A DNA stretch of 14,370 nucleotides from a bacterium (GCA_965233585.1 CBDDTI010000610.1:1-14370), one strand, 5' to 3'; positions 1 through 10,042 are shown, counted from the first letter of the stretch. The notes: a model not told the origin generated them from the sequence alone. Numbers and translations: made by a program.

Positions 1-248
1 CGATAAAAGTAATATTGTCACCCTCACCTAATACATCGTTTATTTCAACTTCAGAGTCGTCGAGCAACCCCAAAGCAAGTAAACAAACGTAAAAGAGTCC
101 TCCGTTTGATCTCGTATATTTTCGCACGAAACTTGGAACCTGATGACCTGGGATTGGTTAGTCCAACGAACCGGAGAATACTGTTCCATTCGTCGCATGG
201 AATACCCGGAATTTCAAACCGGAATATTTGGTCGAATGGAAAGCGCCC
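1..248. mobile_element. One end of a probable non-autonomous DNA transposon (terminus ...GAATGGAAAGCGCCC), truncated by window edge
   Basis: The end reads GGGCGCTTTCCATTCG on the minus strand, with subterminal TTCCGG/CCGGAA motifs. It resembles cnidarian MITE ends from memory; the partner end is not in the window. Confidence 0.45.
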
Positions 249-400
249 CCAGATTGCTCAAAGGCAAAACTCACCGTCCAGCTACACCCTCGGGAAACCA
301 AGGGTGAATCACGCATGCGCACCGAGATGCATAAAACGCGGGAAAATATTCCCGAGGGTGAGGTCGGAAGGTGAGTTTTGCCGCTTTGAGCAATCTGGGG
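247..400. mobile_element. Small foldback MITE-like element
   Basis: Imperfect ~50-bp inverted arms: CCCCAGATTGCTCAAAGGCAAAACTCACC...CACCCTCGGGAA (247-296) and TTCCCGAGGGTG...GGTGAGTTTTGCCGCTTTGAGCAATCTGGGG (349-400). Confidence 0.7.
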
Positions 401-1014
401 CTCCCTTCCCTGCACGGGGACTTATTACACTTGTCACCAAGCGCTCCGAGCTCAGCGCCATTTTGAACTGTGCAACTTTTGATCTTAACGGTTCCGAGCC
501 GCCATTCTAGTAGGTTAACTTACCAGTTCTAAGGAGCCTGGTGGCTTCGCGTTGCTAGCTGGAGATACTTCAGTGGATTCATGGTTTAGAGAAATTCATG
601 TTCCACGAGCCTGGCGTGTTTATTTAGCGACTGGATTCAATTTTCGCGAAAAAAAATCGTGCTTTTTTTGGGTCGATCGGAGCCCGTGTTTGCTGTCAGT
701 CTCCTACCTTGCCACTTTACTATGAAGGAAAGGTGATGAAGACTACTTTTCCCAAAAACTACGTGTACGTATTAAGGACAACAAAAACTCGCCACATGGT
801 AAGTTTCATCGATTTTTATTTCCATTTTCCAGCAAATTTTCAGACCTAAACTTCGCCTCATATGTTCTCGATAATTTACCTGTGTTATGTCACGTGCCAC
901 ACACAGTGAGCGTGGGTTACCTGTGCATGTACACACTGTGCTAAAAGGCATCTTAGCGGCGGATTGAGGCTTTTCTCGAGTTGGATGGTTTCCACCCCAA
1001 AAACAAAATCTTAC

Positions 1015-1093
1015 CTGCGCTATATTCTTGTTCAAAAGGAAGGTACCGTAGTAAAACTGGATTCTTTCTTTGCCCTTATTGTACAACGGGAAT
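1015..1093 (-). CDS. UVRAG: UVRAG coding exon (79 nt): [27 protein letters not shown]
   Basis: Acceptor ttttgcttcgcag, donor gtaaga; matches [27 protein letters not shown]; lies within ORF 772..1128. Confidence 0.97.
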
Positions 1094-1196
1094 CTGCGAA
1101 GCAAAACGGCAGTATTAACGACCGACACAACGAATAGCTTTGATTTAGTACTTTCAGTAAGCGTGCACAGTTAGAGATCTGTTCTTTAATACTTAC

Positions 1197-1362
1197 TCTC
1201 GGTCTTTCTCTCCAACTTTTTCTATCGCAAAATCCTTAAGAGTGGATCTTGAGCCGCGGGAGTTCATGGGATATCTCAAAGGAAGATCAAGGAACTGAGC
1301 GATCCTACTGACCAGGTGACACGTGTAACCAAGGGCAACCGATAGGGTCTCCTCGTCCATAG
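1197..1362 (-). CDS. UVRAG: UVRAG coding exon (166 nt): AMDEETLSVALGYTCHLVSRIAQFLDLPLRYPMNSRGSRSTLKDFAIEKVGEKDR
   Basis: Acceptor cacttccag, donor gtaagt; VALGY..HLVS....L..PLRYP motif of the UVRAG/Atg14 family; overlaps ORF 1193..1381. Confidence 0.97.
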
Positions 1363-1673
1363 CTGGAAGTGAGATATACATCGTGTAAAATGCATCAAAA
1401 GTAACCTTCTGATGGAATTTACATTGAAATTGAATCTAACGCATGTATTGCTGAACGAGAGGTAGGCTAGAGAGCCGGAGAGAGAAAGCAATATCACAAT
1501 ATGCACCACTGATCTAGTACCCGTGGGACTTCCTTTTTAACACTTCCCCACCTCAAATCGTTTTCCCAATCACAAATCCTTCAATTTTTAATTGTCAAAT
1601 TAAACTGAATTCAGATCGTGCACCTGGATGATGCATCGAGAAACTAGTATTAACAATAATGTTGAATTCTTAC

Positions 1674-1743
1674 CTTGAAACTCGTCTGATTCACAATTAG
1701 GAAGTCGTACACCACAAATAAGAAACTCTTTTGAAGATGGTAG
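1674..1743 (-). CDS. UVRAG: UVRAG coding exon (70 nt): LPSSKEFLICGVRLPNCESDEFQ
   Basis: Acceptor ctttctcttgcag, donor gtaaga; matches conserved VCGVKLPNSEDFQ. Confidence 0.95.
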
Positions 1744-1752
1744 CTGCAAGAG

Positions 1753-2313
1753 AAAGTGTGTACACGTCACGTCATCAAATTCTCAAATCCAAACCCAAAG
1801 AGCCACTAAAGGTTTTCTCCTCATCAGGCATAAGAGGTACTAAATGTATATCTGTTCACAAACTTCCACCTCAGTAGCATCCTTCGTTTGGAAACCAGCG
1901 CATTTTGAATTTCGAAAATACATGTATGGCGGTGCGTGACATAAAACTAAGACTGCGTTTGTCGAAAAATGTACACTTATCTCGTGACTTTTAGCACCTT
2001 AAGGAGTTTACCTATTAGGAAAAGTGCTTGTGTAAATGTTTTTTGCTCGGTTCAGAAAATCAGTCGACTAGATAGCTAAAGTAAGTTGCCATATTGGAGT
2101 ACCAAGGAGGTCCTCCAACATGTCGGCTCTTCACTAAGCTATATAATTTTGCGCGGGACATTTCGACGATATCTCAGCTTAGGGACAACGCACACACCTT
2201 AAACTTGGAGAGCTGTCTTCTTTATTTATTGTCTATAATATCACAATTTCTTGAGTTTATCCACTGAATGGTTTTTGATTTTACGTTTTATTGCGTGACA
2301 ATTCACACACTCT
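1753..2313. mobile_element. Unclassified MITE-like repeat with degenerate short TIRs
   Basis: AAAGTGTGTACACGTCACG at the left versus CGTGACAATTCACACACTCT at the right (imperfect inverted pair); no coding capacity. Confidence 0.55.
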
Positions 2314-2435
2314 ATTATAGCGCTGTTCAACTGCATAATTAGATTATGAGCTCGATCAACTATCACACACAGGAAACGCGAGCGAATTTTTGGAGTATAA
2401 ATCTACGAGTCGTTCAAAACTTAACCTAAAACAGA

Positions 2436-2854
2436 TTAGTAGAATTCTACTTGACCACTACCGCAAATGCTTCAATCTGATTGGCTGAGTGATCGAGCAC
2501 TATCAGCCATTACTGTACAGAAGCTGATGGTAATCTTCAAAATAGCAATGTTTTATTCGTTTTTCGAACGTTTTGGAGGAACATTTTGACGCAGATGGAT
2601 CATTAAATTCCTAAGAAGGCTAAAAGAGGGGCATTTATGCTTTCTTGAAAAAAAAAATTATGAGCGTGCCCACACAACTGCAATTTCTAATGACAATATT
2701 CAATCCGAGCGATCTTTCTAAGGTGCGAAGTTTAATAATGCGTCCGGAAGGAAATTTCAGTTGGAATTCTACTAAAATTATTCGTTCTCCATTTCTATGA
2801 GGTGATAGCTGATTCGGCCTTTCAAAGAAATTTCAAGCTAATAATCTAATTGTT
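2436..2854 (+). mobile_element. Short-IR plus 3' hairpin element (degenerate)
   Basis: TTAGTAGAATTC (2436-2447) inverted with GAATTCTACTAA (2764-2775), followed by a decayed hairpin ending AATTGTT at 2854. Confidence 0.6.
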
Positions 2855-2859
2855 TTAAA

Positions 2860-3142
2860 TTAGTAGCCACTCAGTTGTGTTCCATTGGAAATCCCCGAAT
2901 CTATCATCGTTTCCTACTCACTGACAGACAACAATCACACGCGCGCTGCTCTTGAAACTGAAAATTACTCTTAATTTTAGGCTCAAAAATACCCGAAGTT
3001 GTAAATTTTGTCAATGTGCTGTAGCCCTTAAGAGTGGCTACTAAAACAATTAAACCACTTGCTCTCGCTTTACATGAGCGATACTGGGCTACGCCATGTT
3101 AACTATTCGCTCATAGAAAACTCGGCCTTGTAGTCTATTAGT
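2860..3142 (+). mobile_element. Short-IR plus 3' hairpin element (second, tandem to the previous one)
   Basis: TTAGTAGCCACTC (2860-2872) inverted with GAGTGGCTACTAA (3032-3044), then an AACAATTA... hairpin with central GGCTACGCC. Confidence 0.65.
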
Positions 3143-3413
3143 CCAGGAATAGTTAATTCAATAATATTATTATTAAACATCCTGGTTTAGTATGTTTTAA
3201 ATGTTCTTCGACAAGTTGCAACAAGCAACTTACTTGACCCAGTCAAAGTTACTGGGAATTCGAAAATAGTTTGTAACCATATGATGTTATATTTTACATC
3301 AAGCGTACTATGCAAACTGACGATCACGATAGTGCATAAACTTTCTTATTCTGTTTACACCAAGCTGGATAATGACAAACTGAAAAACCTGCACACTAGT
3401 TTCTGTTTCTTAC

Positions 3414-3501
3414 CTCAACTATAGGGTAAATATTCATTAGTTCAGAGATGAGCTGCCTCCGTCTGAAATTCAGCTGAGCGGTCAACTTAACGAAAGATTC
3501 T
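3414..3501 (-). CDS. UVRAG: UVRAG coding exon (88 nt): RESFVKLTAQLNFRRRQLISELMNIYPIVE
   Basis: Acceptor gtcttacag, donor gtaaga; strong match to [28 protein letters not shown]. Confidence 0.95.
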
Positions 3502-3894
3502 CTGTAAGACAACGAGAAAAGATAGTTGAGATATTCTCTCACCAATAAATTGAAGGCTTCGGTGGAAAAAGGGCGCTAGGGTTTTTACTCAAAATTGAAC
3601 TTTGTCGAAAAAGCTCCAAATTTCGCATGCAGTTTTGTTTAGGTGCGTTAAACAATGTTCTGTATGTTTTTTTGCTGACGTTTTCTACGTTTACGAGATA
3701 TTACGTATGCAAAAAAGCCTGTATTTGTGGTCACATCAGCACGTGACCGGAAAGACGGTAATTTCACTTAAAATCCAGCAAAATATTGATCTTTTGCAGC
3801 GTGTAACCTTAAAAAGTGTTGATTTTAGGGTAAAACCGTTACAATTTTGATTTCACGTTAACGTGCGACCGCAAAGACGTTAATTTCACTCAAA

Positions 3895-4002
3895 TTACCG
3901 CTCAAAACTAGGGTTAGCGCTGAAAGTTAGGGTTACGGAACAAGGTTAGGGTTAGAGTTAAGATCAGCATACGTTAGGGTTAGCGCTGTGTTAGACCACG
4001 GA
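3895..4002 (+). repeat. Telomere-like (TTAGGG-derived) module inside element A
   Basis: TAGGGTTAGCGC...GTTAGGGTTACGGAACAAGGTTAGGGTTAGAGTTAAG...GTTAGGGTTAGCGCTGTGTTAG. Confidence 0.85.
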
Positions 4003-4009
4003 CGGACTT

Positions 4010-5045
4010 TGATTTCACTTAGAAAACAGTGTAAAGTTCATTTCCCGCAGCGCCTAAGCTCAAAAACCTCGATTTCAGGTCAAAATAGGTTAGAATGTTG
4101 ATTTTACGTTAAAGCCTGACGGCAAGCCTGTTGATTTGACTTAAAAACGAACAACATCTTCATTTCACGCAGCGCATAAGCTCAAAAACCTCGATTTCAG
4201 GTCAAAATAGGTTAGAATGTTGATTTTACGTGAAGGCGTGACGGCAAGGCTGTTGATTTGACTTAAAAACGAACAAAATCTTCATTTCACGCAGCGCCTA
4301 AGCTCAAAAACCGAGATTTGAGGTCAAAATAGGTTAGAATGTTGATTTCACGTTGAAGCCTGACGGCAAGGCTGTCGATTTGACTTAAAAACGAACAACA
4401 TCTTCATTTCACGCAGCGCGTAAGCTCAAAAACCTCGATTTCAGGTCAAAATAGGTTAGAATGTTGATTTCACGTTAAGGCTTGACGGCAAGGCTGTTGA
4501 TTTGACTTAAAAACGAGCTAAATCTTCATTTCACGCAGCGCCTGAGCTCAAAAACCTCGATTTCAGGTCAAAACAGGGTAGAATGTTGATTTCACGATAA
4601 GGCCTGACGGCAAGGCTGTTGATTTGACTTCAAAACGAACAACTGAAACCTTTATTTCACGCAGCGCGTAAGCTCAAAACCCGAGATTTCAGGTCAAAAT
4701 AGGTTAGAATGTTGATTTCACGTCAAGGCCTGACGGCAACGCTGTTGATTTGACCTAAAAACGAGCAAAATCCTCATTTGACGCAGCGCCTTAGCTCAAA
4801 AACCTCGATTTCAGGTCAAAATAGGCTAGAATGTTGATTTCACGTTGAGGCCTGACGGCAAGGTTGTTGATTTGACTTAAAAACGAGAAAAATCTTCATT
4901 TCATGCAGCGCGTAAGCTAAAAACCTCGATTTCAGGTCAAAATAGGTTAGAATGTGTATTTCACTTGAACGTGTGAGAGCAAGGGTGTTGACTTCAGTTA
5001 GGAAATAACAAAATGTTGACTACCTGCAACGTATAAGCTCAAAAA
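4010..5045. repeat. Tandem satellite, 122-bp unit, about 8 copies
   Basis: Motif CAAAATAGGTTAGAATG (with minor variants) starts at 4081, 4203, 4325, 4447, 4569, 4695, 4817 and 4938. Confidence 0.95.
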
Positions 5046-5832
5046 TGTAGGGCTGACCCTTCTGTGCCGCAACATACAGGTCTCCATACATCTGCATGGC
5101 CGCTGATCCCAGAAGTTTAAAACACTGCAAATCGCGCCGATTTGAAATATAATCAACGCAACCTGGATCACAGATCTATGTTTCAATTGATCGCTTCTTG
5201 TTGGCCATTATTAGTTGAAATAAAAAAGGAAAAAACAAGCTCTGTAATTAGTTTAACTTTGTCTTGTCTTGTCTCTTGTCCTGCAGAACGTGATCGCAAT
5301 GCATACCGGGAAGGTTCTTTATTCCTCGTGCGCGGGTAGACATGGTGCTCGATACAAGACAAATTTAGCAGTTCTCGCTTTCCAAACTTTGATGCTAGCA
5401 ACGCTTGGCAAATGGGCCACAACTCACAACAGGGTTACTTTCTTGGTTAAGAACTGCTCTTGGACTTTGCTGCCTGGATCGACCTGACTTCAAACGCCGA
5501 TGACTCGCTGATATCACCGAGTTGCGTTCGAAGTAACAGAACACATTTTGCTTCTTTAAAACGTGTTGACGACTTACGGGTTTATCAAGGCTTCATGATG
5601 CCTTTCAACCACCAGGCAGGCTACAAGGTACTTAAAAACAATGCTTAAGATATTAGGCGACAGAACTGTAATGCTACACATCTCTTTTCTGTGCGAATGG
5701 TATTTGCTTTGACGCTCAATCGATCGACGTCACAATAACCTGTGCAAATAATCTGTTTCCAGTTTCCCGCCCTATCTGCATTTTTTTTAAAATGGATATC
5801 TTAATCTTTGAAAGAAGTAAAGGAACAGAACG

Positions 5833-5936
5833 AAAAAAAAAAAAAAAATTGGCCGACCTCGTATCGAACCGGTGTCACGGCAAAACAAAGTCGACCCTGG
5901 CCCGTTCAGCGCCTTATCCGCTTGCGCTAACGAAAC
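5833..5936 (-). ncRNA. tRNA-like RNA polymerase III unit (A box, B box, oligo-T terminator); not a canonical tRNA
   Basis: Minus strand GTTTCGT-TAGCGCAAGCGG-ATAAGGCGCTG...ACC-GGTTCGATAC-GAGGTCGGCCAA-T16. A box 5929-5918 begins at +8, B box 5870-5861, T-run 5848-5833. Confidence 0.55.
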
Positions 5937-6283
5937 AGTGTTGTATGATTGATGTATTATAGTGACTTCATCGTTTAGCGAAACAAATGGTTCTTTTGTT
6001 TTTCATTCAGCAAAAGATCCCTAGAGGATGCCCTCGGAAAAATGTGTTTTTTCGCATACGTAATATCTCAAAAAGGAAGCAAGCTTCAGGGAAAAAAACA
6101 TGCAGAACATTGTTCAAGACACCTAAACAAAACTGCATGCGAAATTTGGAGCGTTTTTGACAAAGTTCTGTTTGGCGTAAAATACCTAACGCCTTTTTTC
6201 CACCGAACCCTTCAATTATGCTTGCCAATCATGTATTGCTACTGAAACAAGATTTCAAATTTTGATGACTGTTGCGAATGAAA

Positions 6284-6570
6284 AAGTCTGCATACAAGCC
6301 AAGTGGCCCGGCAGGCCGGAGCTTATCCCGGTTTCCTTAGCATGAAGCGACTAGGGGTATTTCTGCTCCCCCCTAGATGGGATGATAGCCCATCGCAGGG
6401 CTACCCCAGCATTAAGTTCACCAGCACTCATTTATACACCTGGGTGGGGAGAGGCACTGTGTGAGTAAAGTGTCTTGCCCAAGAACACAACAAAATGTTC
6501 CACCCAGGGCTCGAACCCAAACCGTGTGATTTGGAGACAGGCGCACTAACCATGAGGCCAACATGCCTCC
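6284..6570 (-). mobile_element. tRNA-derived SINE
   Basis: A box TGGCCTCATGG (6560-6550), B box GGTTCGAGCCC (6517-6507), CORE-like body TTCTTGGGCAAGACACTTTAC...GTGTATAAATG and 3' body CCCTGCGATGG...GGGATAAGCTCCGG. Confidence 0.9.
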
Positions 6571-6595
6571 AAAGGGTTGATCTAAATCCCCGTAC

Positions 6596-6680
6596 CTTTT
6601 CTCTACATGTGCTTGCTTGTGTTCCCGCAAAGATGCCCTGTTGGAATCGAGTTGTGCTCTGTTTCTTCTAAGGTTTACTT
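6596..6680 (-). CDS. UVRAG: UVRAG coding exon (85 nt): EVNLRRNRAQLDSNRASLREHKQAHVEK
   Basis: Acceptor cccacag, donor gtacgg; phase 1 to 2; resembles vertebrate KESLNELRKECTAKR. Confidence 0.87.
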
Positions 6681-6785
6681 CTGTGGGTATTGAAAACGAG
6701 AAGAGTTTGGACTGATTTTAATAACGTGCATGTCTAAAATTCGAATTAAGTAATACACAGACATCTCACAGACATAGACGCTGAG

Positions 6786-6873
6786 ACATGCTACATGTTA
6801 CATGCTACATGTTACTGACAGTTGACCAACAGTCAACTGACAGTCGACCGACAGTTGGCCAACTGTCAGCCAA
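6786..6873. repeat. Short tandem repeats: (ACATGCTACATGTT)x2 followed by a degenerate 12-mer (ACYRACAGTYRR) x about 5
   Basis: actgacagttg accaacagtca actgacagtcg accgacagttg gccaactgtcag-type reiteration. Confidence 0.6.
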
Positions 6874-7109
6874 CAAACAGGCAACAATTGGGTGAAAGAT
6901 AGCCGACAGGGAACTGTTCTTCACTTTCACTAGGACATGAGTCAGGGCCTAAGGTTCCTCAGTAACATTCACCTCATATGTACACACAAAGCCACTTGAC
7001 GCCCCTGCAACATACATGTATCCCTTAATGTGTACAGGCTTAGAAACTTACTTGTATGCGCATTATCAGTGCAAACAAAGGGCTGTAGATACCACAGTAA
7101 TGATCTCAC

Positions 7110-7154
7110 CTCGTTCTCTGAGTTTTACCAAGATGCTCTGCTCTTCTTCTCTTT
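7110..7154 (-). CDS. UVRAG: UVRAG coding exon (45 nt): EREEEQSILVKLRER
   Basis: Acceptor tctttttgaacaacag, donor gtgaga; phase 1 to 1; continues the coiled-coil. Confidence 0.8.
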
Positions 7155-7307
7155 CTGTTGTTCAAAAAGAAACAATTATTAATAATAATTACAACAACTA
7201 TTTTAATCATGGCTCAATCATGACGTACACTGTAAGTGGAATGCTAATTTAATATCAACCACAAAACACATAAAGTGAAGTTACAAAATAACAAAAAAAT
7301 AAAACAC

Positions 7308-7389
7308 CTTTGAGCAAAAGTTTGTGCTTTGACAAGCACTCCTCTCTTAGAAGTTTGAGTTTCAATTTCAGCATCTCCTCTTCTGATAA
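7308..7389 (-). CDS. UVRAG: UVRAG coding exon (82 nt): LSEEEMLKLKLKLLREECLSKHKLLLK
   Basis: Acceptor tttttctccatatcacag, weak donor AAG|gtgttt; phase 0 to 1; heptad Leu pattern. Confidence 0.85.
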
Positions 7390-7548
7390 CTGTGATATGG
7401 AGAAAAAGAGAGTCAGAACATTACAATTTAATTAATGAGTCGCTAACTTAGCCAAAAGACAATAAGGAAGCTAGTGAAAGCTTGATTTCAAAATGAGAAG
7501 ATATGCTCATAAATAAACATTTTTGCATCCGTAAGAATATCAACAATT

Positions 7549-7892
7549 GAATGGCTTGGTGCAAGAGGGACGTAAGTGACTTTTTCAGGTGAAATTTTTT
7601 TTCCTTCAAAAGTGCCTGAATTTTTGCATGTGCTTTTCAATTAAGTAGTACAACATTCCCCTGTATTTTTTTGCCTGGTTTGCACTTTGTTTCTGAGAAA
7701 AACAAAGACAAAATATTGAAGTGTGCACAATGAACACAACAAAGCAGAACTAGAGCATTTCAGTCAGAAAAACGACACAGGAGAATGTTTTTCTACTTAA
7801 TTGAAAAGCACATGCAAAAATTCAGGCACTTTTGAAGGAAAAAAAATTTCACCTGAAAAAGTCACTTACGTCCCTCTTGCACCAAGCCATTC
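7549..7892. mobile_element. 344-bp MITE, copy 1 (100-bp perfect TIRs, GAATGG...CCATTC)
   Basis: 7549-7648 is the reverse complement of 7793-7892; identical by eye to 11101-11444. Confidence 0.92.
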
Positions 7893-8731
7893 AATAGGCC
7901 TAACAAGGCCTTTGAGGCCAGGCCTGAAGGCGCTTTGAGGCCTGGCCTCCTCAAAGGCCTTAAGGCCTTAATATGAAAGGCCGCGGGCAAGAACGTCCCC
8001 TAGATTTTTCGCTAAAATCGAATGGCCAAACCAGCTCCAAACTTCACATGCCAATTTGTTTATACGTGTAGAAAACTGCCTTGCGCTTATTTCCTCCCGT
8101 CTCTGTTGCGTATTCCAGAAATAAAGTATGCAAAAACACTCTTTGAGGCCAGCCAGGCCTGAAGGCGCGAGTAACAAAAGGATTTTTGTTTATCTTCGTG
8201 CTTTGTAAGTGAATTGCCGTTTTTACGGGCTGGGACCGATAGGTTTTTTAGCTGGCATTGTGACGGCATTGTGACGTAGGCATTTGGCGCGCAAAGCAGT
8301 AGCACAAATTCAGAGCTTACCTGTTAATGAAGGAAATTGAAGTTTGCTCGTTATTTCCACCGATATTCAACGCTTATTCGAGGAATATTTGCGCCCGCCT
8401 GGTAGGAGATTTGGCATCATTAAGCCTTTGATCCTCGATGAGTCACCAGCATGCCTCAAAGAACCGAGGTGTGTTCTTGTTCTGAGATCATGGTTTAAGT
8501 CTGCCGTTAACTTAGCCATTGAAGAACAAGTGAGCCAGGCGGTAGAGTTTAGAAACACTTCTTGTTGCAAAACAAAGCATTCGTCGTGGACTTACGGCTG
8601 ATTTGCCAAACTCCGGCGTGTGTCAGTTTTGGAAATTAGAAGTGCTTTCTAGACTCTATTATTTTCTTGAAATTGGCTGCCGTCCACCACCCTCGCTCGA
8701 AAAATATCTGGGATATCCCATAATAATCTTT

Positions 8732-8758
8732 CATACATACATACATACATACATACAT
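8732..8758. repeat. (CATA)n microsatellite
   Basis: catacatacatacatacatacatacat. Confidence 0.95.
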
Positions 8759-9259
8759 CGTCGTGACCGTTGTGTGCATGACTTATAGCGCGTCCTAGCG
8801 TGACTCAGACACGGCCGGGATCTGGTGAGAAAGGGCAGGCAGCAAAGCCGTTGAATTTGACCTGTGTTTAGGTTAAAAGCTAATGCTTAAATTAAAGGAA
8901 TTCCAAGCCATTTTTACGAAATCGCAGGTCGGTTAAATTGGCAAGCAAGCGTTCCGTGAGTGTGTATCGTGGATTTCCAAGCAGATGATTACTTTGAATT
9001 GTGATAAGATCGAGCCCGCCACGAAGAAAAAAGACAAAGAACGTCTGATCGCAGGTTAGGAAGAAAACTTCAGCCGAAATGTAAGTTTTTGCTTTGTATT
9101 TTAGCGTTCCTTTGCTGACAAATTTTTCGTTTCATGCGCTTTTTTTCGGTATGAGCAGCGTGTTAGCTTAAGGCTTCCTCATTCTGTGTCGTCAGAAATA
9201 ATCATTTCATGGAACGAGCAGTTTGGTGACCAAAAAATCATTTAACGCAGAAACATTTA

Positions 9260-10042
9260 CAGTGCGTTTCACAAAACTTTTGACAAACGGTTTCCAAAGT
9301 TCGCTACGAAATCGGCAATTTCATTACATAGTTGTCAATTTTCACGCTGAATTTCGTTGGGAAGTTGCGAAGTTCGCGCCATTCGGTGTAGCTAGTTTGA
9401 TAATATGACTACTCAAATGAATTTAAACAAAGTGAAAAAAATCTTCAACCAAGCAATGCTTATTTTATGATGTTTAGTTTTGAAAATGTAAATTATTTGA
9501 GAAGTACAGAAGGACTCCACATCACAGACGGATGGCGCGACTAGCATTTTGTTTACAATAAAAAGGTAAATACAAAAGTTCAACAATACGACATTAAAAT
9601 GTTCTGGTTTTTTTTGACGCTATTCCTAGAAGGATGTATGTCCTGAAAAAGGGGTTTCATCTCTGATAGATTTAAATGTAAAGTACTTTTAAACCGCTAT
9701 GCGTGGAAGTTCTATCTGAAGCTACCCGAGAATAAACTAACGCGACAGAAATTGTATTCTATTTTTAGGTGGGTGTCGGATGACATCTGGGAAAATTCAG
9801 TTGCAAGGTGTTATAGCTCATTTTAAAACTAGTAATCCCTAATCGACGTGACCACAACGTATAAGGAAATTCCGAGACAATTTCTCTCGCAATGAACTTG
9901 ATAACTTCCCAACGAAGTTCGGCGTGAAATTCACGTTCACGATTTGATTGACAACTACGGAACCAAATCGCTAAGTTCGTAGCGAACTTCAGGAATTTCA
10001 AACCAACTTCGGAGACCGTCAAACGTTTTGTGAAACGCACTG
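9260..10042. mobile_element. Tc1/mariner-type MITE nested in element B
   Basis: TA-CAGTGCGTTTCACAAAAC at 9258 and GTTTTGTGAAACGCACTG-TA ending at 10044; gapped inverted similarity continues ~120-150 bp inward. Confidence 0.75.

Larger units (their letters stand above)
3552..6213. mobile_element. Element A: non-autonomous TIR DNA transposon, possibly Sola-like
   Basis: Imperfect ~165-bp TIRs (GAAGGCTTCGGTGGAAAAAGGGCG... and ...CGCCTTTTTTCCACCGAACCCTTC), flanked by AATT at 3548-3551 and 6214-6217. A 4-bp AWWT TSD fits Sola, but the superfamily call is inference. Confidence 0.85.

Noticed and set aside
106..510. 134-aa plus-strand ORF (and overlapping 158..415 minus ORF)
   Set aside because: TTG start, runs across adjacent repeat ends and a hairpin, and has no recognisable domain.
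28..600. Next UVRAG exon (expected LR...PDLR.TL.NL-like peptide) using donors at about 27 or 523
   Set aside because: The candidate exons give stops or unrelated peptides; the exon is probably beyond the window start.
4010..5045. CRISPR-like regular repeat array
   Set aside because: Whole 122-bp units repeat with no unique spacers, there are no cas genes, and the context is a eukaryotic intron.
5849..5936. Functional tRNA gene
   Set aside because: A and B boxes are present, but the acceptor and T stems do not pair and no clean anticodon arm is visible.
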